Shown: one piece after another, positions 31,565 to 32,000 of the stretch
Numbering within the stretch: the stretch's first letter is position 1
How the letters are laid out: each line of letters opens with the position of its first letter
Source: Xylella taiwanensis
GTDB taxonomy: Bacteria > Pseudomonadota > Gammaproteobacteria > Xanthomonadales > Xanthomonadaceae
Direction: 5' to 3'
Length of the DNA: 32,000 bases
NCBI RefSeq assembly: GCF_013177435.1
Contig: NZ_CP053627.1
Span: 1,650,001-1,682,000 of the forward strand
Position numbers and translations under genes: made by a program
Notes under the pieces: model-generated
Seen by the model: only the letters and a program-made list of their open reading frames with translations
Databases searched by the model: none
What the model was told of the DNA's origin: nothing

Positions 31565-32000
31565 ACTCACTCCTGGACGGGATGGCTATTGTGCCTGCTC
31601 CACCAAGAGCTCATAAAATCAAAGCCTTACGACAAGTTAATGGGCGTCTATGAGGTAGAGCAGTCAATGGAACCCTCATTCGCCACCTGAGGATCAAGCG
31701 CTCTGCATGAGGAAACATCATTCTTCAGACAGATGATCTCAGCAGCCGAGAAGCCCGTCACAGCAACGGCTTCACCATGATGCGTTGGTCACGATCGGAT
31801 GCAATCAACGATGCACCAGCGACGTACTCAGGCGTTGTCTTGTAAGCGATCTCCATCGGAAAGGTGAAGGTTCGTCGCATGCAAAGATGCCTTGAATCTT
31901 GCGAAGTCAGCAAAAATGCAATGCGACAAAATCGGCAGCAACTCAATACGGGCAGACAGCATCAACCTGTACAGCAACATATCGAAGCAACTGACTCATG

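Overview
This is a chromosomal window dominated by housekeeping genes. Apart from a partial gene at the left edge and one peptidase gene, every confident gene lies on the minus strand. Reading the minus strand from high to low coordinates, the order is: pbpC; a small heat-shock gene plus cbpA; katG; a PBP5/6-type DD-carboxypeptidase; yqgE-ruvX-pyrB; thrA-thrB-thrC; hisS; and a nine-cistron histidine operon. That operon runs TrpR/YerC-like gene, hisG, hisD, hisC, hisB, hisH, hisA, hisF, hisIE. The plus strand carries the 3' end of a HAD-type hydrolase (enolase-phosphatase-like) and a clan-CD C13 peptidase lipoprotein. Gene content, synteny and moderate GC look Xanthomonadaceae/Xylella-like, but that is an inference from memory with no search behind it. 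Coding density is unusually low: several spacers of 0.4-1.8 kb have no convincing ORF. I found no intact multi-gene novel system such as a defence island, CRISPR array, secretion system or mobile element. The points worth a second look are smaller: (1) a YerC/TrpR-like putative regulator as first cistron of the his operon, with a palindrome inside its own candidate promoter and no His-codon leader; (2) terminator-like hairpins with U-tracts placed directly against the RBS of the next gene (thrC to hisS, hspA to cbpA), the hisS one spanned by a 26-codon uORF that ends in a GTGA overlap with the hisS start; (3) a weak Thr/Ile leader-peptide candidate upstream of thrA; (4) a perfect 10-copy octanucleotide tandem repeat inside a 1.8 kb ORF-poor region; (5) a decayed VapBC/FitAB-like toxin-antitoxin remnant next to the C13 peptidase gene; (6) a hairpin-dense unassigned 750 bp spacer between hisS and the his operon. 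All functional calls rest on motif recognition in the supplied translations. Nothing was searched against a database.
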